From the NCBI GenBank assembly GCA_039679545.1, contig JBDKUT010000079.1, positions 1-16,141 on the forward strand: 16,141 bases of DNA, in the 5' to 3' direction. The position numbers were made by a program, and so were the translations under genes. How positions within the stretch are numbered: position 1 is the stretch's first letter; each line of letters opens with the position of its first letter. This document shows positions 8,038 through 13,377 of this stretch, piece by piece. The stretch comes from Thermotogota bacterium. Lineage in GTDB: Bacteria; Bipolaricaulota; Bipolaricaulia; UBA7950; UBA9294. Below the pieces are notes generated by a model. That model did no database searches. It had not been told where the DNA came from and saw only the letters and a list, made by a program, of their open reading frames with translations.

Positions 8038-8465
8038 TGGACCGCGCGTCCATGCCGGCGCGTCTGCACGCGGAGGGCAAACGGGTGACACGGGAGCGCG
8101 AACTCCTCCTCGACATCATCGTCGCCAACCCGCACCTCGATGCGACCGAGATCTTCGACCGCGCCCGCGGGGTGAACCCCCGCATCGGCCTTGCCACCGT
8201 CTACCGCACGCTGCGCCTTCTCGAAACGCTCGACGTGATTGACGCGAGTGGCCTCGGCGAGGACCACAGCCACTACGAGATGCGCCAGAAGGATCACGTC
8301 CATCTCGTGTGCTCGGAATGCGGCGCGGTGCTCGACGTAACCGTGCCGTTCGACGTTCGCACGTTCGGCCGCCGTCGCGGCTTCGACGTCCGCCAGACCC
8401 GATTCGAGCTGGTCGGGGTCTGCGATGAGTGCCGCGCCAAGCCCCACGGCGGGCAGCGGCCTTGA
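8037..8465 (+). CDS. fur: Fur-family transcriptional regulator
   Basis: RVTRERELLL, HLDATEIF, IGLATVYRTL, HVHLVCSECG, GVCDEC. AGGAGG at 8023-8028; start ATG 8037 (or GTG 8034) overlapping the feoA stop; 142 aa. Subfamily uncertain. Confidence 0.9.
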   Translation: MDRASMPARLHAEGKRVTRERELLLDIIVANPHLDATEIFDRARGVNPRIGLATVYRTLRLLETLDVIDASGLGEDHSHYEMRQKDHVHLVCSECGAVLDVTVPFDVRTFGRRRGFDVRQTRFELVGVCDECRAKPHGGQRP

Positions 8466-10354
8466 TCCGCATCGCCCTCGTCGGGCAGCCGAACTGCGGC
8501 AAGAGCACGATCTTCAACCACCTGGTTGGCTACAAAGCGCACACGTCGAACCTGCCGGGGACGACGGTCGAGTACCTCATCAGCCACGCCCTGATCGGCG
8601 GCGCCGCCGTCGAGGTGGTCGACCTGCCGGGAACGTACTCACTCCTCTCGCTCGACGCCGCCGAGACCGAGACCCGCAACTTCCTCCTCACTCAAGGCGT
8701 CAGCGCCGTCCTCAACGTCGTCGACGCGGCGCTCCTGTCGCGCAGTCTCGAACTCACGATTCAGCTCCTCGAGCTGGGGCTTCCCCTCATCGTTTGCCTC
8801 AACATGGCCGACGAGGCGCGGCGCAAGGGAATCCAGATCGACGTCGCCCGACTCTCCGAGCGTCTCGGCGTTCCCGTCGTGGAGGCGACCGCCATTCGGG
8901 GCGTTGGCGTGAAGGATGCAGCGATCCGCGCCGTGCGCGCCGCCGAAGCCGGCATCCCCGCCGAGCCGTTGCGGTACGGGAAGGACGTCGAGGAAGCCCT
9001 CGCCAGCCTGGCAGAGGCGATCGGCGACCGCGAAGATGCGGGGTCGCAGCCCGTGCGCTTCGTCGCGACGAAGCTCCTCGAGCGCGACCCCGTGGTGGCC
9101 CCCGACTCGCGAACGGAGTCGATCGTCGCCGCCATCGAGACCCGGCGCGGCAAGAGCGGGGACAGCCTTCTTGCCGCGGAACGCCACGCCCTGGCGATGG
9201 AGATCGCCGAAGCCGCGACCGCCGTCGGACGACCCACGGTCATGTTCCGCGACCGGATCGATGCGCTCCTCATGCACCCCGTGTTCGGCCTCGTCGCCTT
9301 GGCGGCGATCCTGTTCGGCCTCTTCCAGATCGTGTTCCACGTCGGCGCCTACGCCGAAGGCCCGATCCTCGCCCTGTTCGACCAGGCTTCCGCGCTCCTC
9401 GCCACGGCGCTCCCCGCGAGCGGACTCGCCTTCGTCCTCGTGAACGGGCTCATCCAAGGAGTCGGAGGCGCCGTGGGGATCGTGATCCCGTACCTCGTCC
9501 CGTTTCTCCTCGGCCTCTCGATCCTTGAGGACATCGGGTACCTACCGCGCGCCGGGTACCTGATCGACGGGCTGATGCACCGGGTCGGCCTCCACGGCAC
9601 GTCGATCATCCCGTTCATCCTCGGCTACGGCTGCAGCGTTCCCGCCATCATGGCGACGCGCATCCTCTCTTCGCCGCGCGACCGCTTCGTCACGGCCATG
9701 CTGGCGGTCATGGTCCCGTGCGCCGCGCGCGCGACCGTCATCTACGGCCTCGTCGGTTACTTCCTCGGGCCCACACTCGCGTTCGCCGTCTACGTCATCA
9801 ACATCGTGGTGATCGCCCTCGCCGGACGGCTGCTCGTCCACCTCTTTCCCCGCGTCAGCCCCGGCCTCGTCCTCGAAATCCCGTCGTACAAGATCCCGTC
9901 CATCCGGGTGCTCGGGGCGAAGCTCTGGCTCCACCTGCGCGATTTCCTCCTCGTCGCCGCCCCGATCCTCCTCGCCGGAAGCGTTGTCCTCAGCCTCCTC
10001 GAGTTCTTCCACGTCGACCGGTATCTCAACCTTCTGGCGCTCCCGGTCACCTGGAGCCTTGGGCTGCCGATCGCCCTCGGCATTCCCCTCATCTTCGGCG
10101 TCTTTCGCAAGGAGCTCGCGCTCGTCATGCTGTTCCAGGCGCTCGGCACAACCGCCGCCCTCGACGCCCTGTCGCCCGGCCAGATGATGACGTACACGCT
10201 CTTCCTCCTCTTCTACGTGCCATGCATCGCAACCATCGCTGTGCTGAAGCGCGAGCTCGGCGGGCGCCGCACCGGGTTGGTTCTCGCCTCAACAACGGCG
10301 ATCGCCCTCGTCGTCGGCCTCATCGCCCGCGGCATCGGCGCCTGGATTGGGTGA
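8462..10354 (+). CDS. feoB: Ferrous iron transport protein B
   Basis: G1 GQPNCGKS, G2 NLPGTTVE, G3 DLPG, G4 NMAD; membrane motifs LEDIGYLPR, GYGCSVPAIMATR, VPCAAR, YVPCIATIA. TTG 8462 overlaps the fur stop (TTGA); 630 aa. Confidence 0.97.
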   Translation: MIRIALVGQPNCGKSTIFNHLVGYKAHTSNLPGTTVEYLISHALIGGAAVEVVDLPGTYSLLSLDAAETETRNFLLTQGVSAVLNVVDAALLSRSLELTIQLLELGLPLIVCLNMADEARRKGIQIDVARLSERLGVPVVEATAIRGVGVKDAAIRAVRAAEAGIPAEPLRYGKDVEEALASLAEAIGDREDAGSQPVRFVATKLLERDPVVAPDSRTESIVAAIETRRGKSGDSLLAAERHALAMEIAEAATAVGRPTVMFRDRIDALLMHPVFGLVALAAILFGLFQIVFHVGAYAEGPILALFDQASALLATALPASGLAFVLVNGLIQGVGGAVGIVIPYLVPFLLGLSILEDIGYLPRAGYLIDGLMHRVGLHGTSIIPFILGYGCSVPAIMATRILSSPRDRFVTAMLAVMVPCAARATVIYGLVGYFLGPTLAFAVYVINIVVIALAGRLLVHLFPRVSPGLVLEIPSYKIPSIRVLGAKLWLHLRDFLLVAAPILLAGSVVLSLLEFFHVDRYLNLLALPVTWSLGLPIALGIPLIFGVFRKELALVMLFQALGTTAALDALSPGQMMTYTLFLLFYVPCIATIAVLKRELGGRRTGLVLASTTAIALVVGLIARGIGAWIG

Positions 10355-10391
10355 GTGGCTCACAGCCGGTGCGGTTCGTATCATCGATGTC

Positions 10392-10979
10392 ATGGCCCGA
10401 TGGGAAGAACTCGCCGAGCGAAGCTGGGGAGCGCGGCGGGAGGCGGTGTACGACACTCCCGGCTCCCGCGCCGCGACGCGGGAGCGGATCCTTGATGTCG
10501 TTGCGCGAAGCGCCTTCGACAACCTGCGCGCATACTCCAACTGCTGCCGCGCGACGCTCTGGGCAGTCGATACTCACCTCCACGTCGCCGGCCGCGAAGC
10601 GTTGCGCGCCACCACGACCCTCGCCGGCGGCGTCGCGGGGAGCGGGGAGACGTGCGGAGCGCTCCTCGGCGCCCTCATGGCCGTCGGTTTCGCGCTCGCG
10701 GCCGACGACTTGACCAACCTCGACGCCGACAAGGCGGTCCGAGAGGCCGGAAAGCGGTGCGTCGCCCAGTTCCGGGAGCTGCTCGGGTCAACCCGCTGCT
10801 GGGAGGTTCAGGAGACGATCGTCGGATGGCGATGTGATCACCCCTCGAAGGACGACGCGTGGAAGGCCGCCGGCGGCGGACTGGCCTGCGCCGCCGTCTG
10901 TGCGGAAGCGGCGCGGATCGCAGCCGCCGTCATCCTCGACTCACCCCTGCGCAACGGCCGCAGCCCCGCCACACCCTAA
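10392..10979 (+). CDS. C-GCAxxG-C-C family putative redox-active protein
   Basis: Pattern NCCRA...LAGGVAGSGETCGALLGA...FRELLGSTRCWEV...CAAVC fits the family. Start uncertain (ATG 10392, or TTG 10347 overlapping the feoB end). Confidence 0.85.
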   Translation: MARWEELAERSWGARREAVYDTPGSRAATRERILDVVARSAFDNLRAYSNCCRATLWAVDTHLHVAGREALRATTTLAGGVAGSGETCGALLGALMAVGFALAADDLTNLDADKAVREAGKRCVAQFRELLGSTRCWEVQETIVGWRCDHPSKDDAWKAAGGGLACAAVCAEAARIAAAVILDSPLRNGRSPATP

Positions 10980-10987
10980 GGCCGAGG

Positions 10988-11431
10988 CTAGCGCCCCGCG
11001 TCGTCGCCCGCCGCCCGGTCCCTGACCGTTTTCGCACGCTGGGTTCGTTCCGCGTCGCGGCGCGCGATCCGCTCCCGATCATGTCTGTCGAGACGCTCCT
11101 CGCGCTCCGCCTCCGACAGGGGGGACTCCGGGTCGAATCCGTCGCGGACGAGAGCCGCAAGCCGTTTCGGGATCGAGACCGAGACGTGCAAGTCGGCGAA
11201 CGCGCCCGCGTTCACCTGCGCCGAGAGGCCACCGCCGTACTCGACGATCGCGTAGATCGTCCCGAGCGGGTGAACCTCGCCTCTCCGCGCTTCCCAGCGA
11301 ACGTCACGCACGCGGCCCGCGCCCCAGTTCGGATCCCTCGGCTCAACCGCCGCGCCGCACAGCTCGCGCCACCGGCCGATGTCGCTCCCTGCGTACGCCA
11401 CAAACCACGCCGACGGAATCACCTCGTTCAC
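10988..11431 (-). CDS. Hypothetical protein
   Basis: Fills the gap, GC-rich third positions; GTG 11431 preceded by GGGAGGG at 5 nt (MNEVIPSAWF..., 147 aa); alternative ATG 11509. No family recognised. Confidence 0.65.
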   Translation of the reverse strand: MNEVIPSAWFVAYAGSDIGRWRELCGAAVEPRDPNWGAGRVRDVRWEARRGEVHPLGTIYAIVEYGGGLSAQVNAGAFADLHVSVSIPKRLAALVRDGFDPESPLSEAEREERLDRHDRERIARRDAERTQRAKTVRDRAAGDDAGR

Positions 11432-11663
11432 TCGATCCCTCCCGGGCGGGAACGGTAGTCGAAGTCGCGGCGTCGCTTCAAGGAGAAGACGCCGCTCGGC
11501 TTGCGCCATGTAGCGTGCGGGGAACCCCGAATGTGAGGACAGTGTCGCGGCAACCTCTCCCCGCCCACCACGTGCCACAAGCCACCGACCCGCGGCTTTG
11601 ACGCGCTTGCGCGCGGAGAGGTCGATCTCGTACCGTCATCGAGTCGTTTCGAGGAGGGGTTCG

Positions 11664-12011
11664 ATGACGGATCGCACCATTCGGTTCACGGTCGTTGCCG
11701 TGATCGTCGGCCTCTTGGCCGCCATGCTCATCCTCGTGCTCACGATCGGCCGCAACGGCATCCGCATCGAGACCGTCGGAGAGGTCCGCATCGTCGGCAT
11801 GCCCTCCGAGATCGCGCTGCGAATGGCGGACCCCGTACACCTCACGATGCCCGAAGGAACGACGCTCGTCGGCGATGCCGGGATCCCCGTCAGCGTCACG
11901 GTCTTCCCGTGCCCAACGTGCGGCGGCCCCCTCGTCCCAACGCGGTTCAACCTGTTCACAGGCGAGATCGAGTGGACGTGCCCCGCGTGCAACGCGGCGA
12001 AGACTCCGTGA
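11664..12011 (+). CDS. Hypothetical membrane-anchored protein with C-terminal CxxC-19-CxxC (zinc-ribbon-like)
   Basis: GAGGAGG (11651-11657) before ATG 11664; N-terminal TM helix FTVVAVIVGLLAAMLILVLTI; CPTC...CPAC; 115 aa. Confidence 0.8.
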   Translation: MTDRTIRFTVVAVIVGLLAAMLILVLTIGRNGIRIETVGEVRIVGMPSEIALRMADPVHLTMPEGTTLVGDAGIPVSVTVFPCPTCGGPLVPTRFNLFTGEIEWTCPACNAAKTP

Positions 12012-12055
12012 CACAAAGTGCGCCGTGCGATGGTGTGCAGCAACTCCCGCCGCAC

Positions 12056-12160
12056 GCCGATCTCACCGCAGAGAGCGCAGAGGACCGCGGAGGAACAGCC
12101 ACTGACGGTCAGTAGGCTCGCTGCAAGTAGTGCCTTCGTCCCCTTTGCGACCTCTGCGGT
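12056..12160. repeat. Dispersed intergenic repeat, copy 2, with an inverted partner
   Basis: 12056-12082 matches 4761-4788; ACCGCAGAGAGCGCAGAGG (12065-12083) vs reverse complement of 12142-12160, ACCGCAGAGGTCGCAAAGG: 16/19. Confidence 0.75.
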
Positions 12161-12167
12161 TGGCTGT

Positions 12168-12240
12168 TTCCTAAGCGCTCGATCCTGTCGCGACGAGCGC
12201 CCGCTTCCTAGGCGCTCGATTCTCCCACAAGAGCGCCCAG
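12168..12240. repeat. Two tandem ~37-nt palindromic units
   Basis: TTCCTAAGCGCTCGATCCTGTCGCGACGAGCGCCCGC (12168-12204) and TTCCTAGGCGCTCGATTCTCCCACAAGAGCGCCCAG (12205-12240); each has a 7-bp stem with a 12-13 nt loop. Confidence 0.7.
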
Positions 12241-13338
12241 TTACCCCGTGATCAACCGTCCGGCCGCCCACAGCGCGTCGAAGTACCGCTCGTACACTCG
12301 GGCGACCTCGGGCATGAACAAGAGGGCGACGTTCGCCTCCACGTTGTGCTCGACGGAGTAGTAGTTCCAGTTCGTCGAACCGAGCAGGATGCTCTCCCCA
12401 TCGATCACGAGCAGCTTCGCGTGGGTCGTCACGTCCGGGTCGTCGAACCGCACGTCAACGCCGCTCTGGTAGAGATAGATGGCGCTCATCAGGTTCGCCG
12501 CCGCCGAGTCCTCGTAGAACTGACAGTCATCGATCACCACACGGACGTCCACGCCGCGGGCGGCGGCTCGCACAAGCGCCGCAACCAGCTCGCCGGTGAC
12601 GCTGTCCGCATACTGAGGGTACACGGACACGCGGTAGAGGACGGCGTGGATCGAGCGTTGCGCGCGAGCAAGCAGTTCGAGCGCGACCGCACCGTAGAGC
12701 TTCGTCCCGTCGTCGTCCGGGATTGCCACGATCGCCGGCCCCCCATCGACGGGGATCGGTCCGTCGAGCTCCATCTCGGTCCGCTTGCCGGACGCCGTCC
12801 ACTGCCGCTCGAAGAACGCTCCGAATGCTTCAGCCGTCCGCGCGTCGTCGATCCGCACGCCCGCCTGCCGGTGCTCGTAGAGCGCGTATCGGTTCCAGTT
12901 CGTCGACCCTACGACCACGCAGGCGCCGTCGACGATCACCAGCTTGGCGTGCGTCGTGATCTCCGGATCATCGAAGCGAGCGTCGATCCCTTCCGCCCGG
13001 AGCGCGTCCACCGCCGGCCGGTTCCGGATGGTGATTGCCTCCTCCCAGTCGCTCTGGTCGACAAGCACGCGCACGTGGACTCCGCGCCCACGTGCTTCCA
13101 CGAGTCCATCGACCAGCGGGTTCGCCTCAAGGTCGACGCTCGACAGAAGGACGTCGACCGTCTCCCGCGCTCCGGCCAGCGCGTCGGCCACCGCCGCGAC
13201 GTAGGCGCCGGTCCCCGCAACGTCGACAAGCGGCCACACGACCGTCCCGTCTTGGGCAAACGCCGCACAGGATCCAACCACGAGGACGGCGAGGACGCCG
13301 ATCGCCGCTTCGGTTCGCGCCTTTCTTGAGCCGCGCAT
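12241..13338 (-). CDS. Secreted phospholipase D-superfamily protein (two Nuc-like HKD domains)
   Basis: Two complete HxKxxxxD-x6-GSxN motifs (HAKLVIVDGACVVVGSTN; HAKLLVIDGESILLGSTN); signal peptide ending AAFA-QD; 365 aa. Confidence 0.93.
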   Translation of the reverse strand: MRGSRKARTEAAIGVLAVLVVGSCAAFAQDGTVVWPLVDVAGTGAYVAAVADALAGARETVDVLLSSVDLEANPLVDGLVEARGRGVHVRVLVDQSDWEEAITIRNRPAVDALRAEGIDARFDDPEITTHAKLVIVDGACVVVGSTNWNRYALYEHRQAGVRIDDARTAEAFGAFFERQWTASGKRTEMELDGPIPVDGGPAIVAIPDDDGTKLYGAVALELLARAQRSIHAVLYRVSVYPQYADSVTGELVAALVRAAARGVDVRVVIDDCQFYEDSAAANLMSAIYLYQSGVDVRFDDPDVTTHAKLLVIDGESILLGSTNWNYYSVEHNVEANVALLFMPEVARVYERYFDALWAAGRLITG

Positions 13339-13344
13339 GTGCGA

Positions 13345-13377
13345 TAGAATCTAGACCAAGGAGCCGGGTATGGTCAA
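13345..13377. promoter_or_regulatory. Overlapping divergent promoter elements for PLD (-) and the Lon-like gene (+)
   Basis: Plus: TAGAAT 13345-13350, then AAGGAG RBS. Minus: TTGACC (plus 13372-13377)-18 bp-TAGATT (plus 13348-13353). Confidence 0.5.

Noticed and set aside
10347..10979. Selenocysteine or c-type haem in the C-GCAxxG-C-C protein
   Set aside because: No in-frame TGA (ends TAA) and no CxxCH or signal peptide.
12168..12240. Mini-CRISPR interpretation of the tandem units
   Set aside because: Only two imperfect adjacent units, no spacer between them, no cas genes in the window.
2323..13329. Many overlapping Arg/Pro/Ser-rich ORFs (e.g. 2323..3333, 3639..5144, 5020..6291, 8425..9528, 11636..12271, 12346..13329)
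   Set aside because: Alternative-frame or antisense products overlapping better-supported genes; composition typical of off-frame GC-rich sequence.
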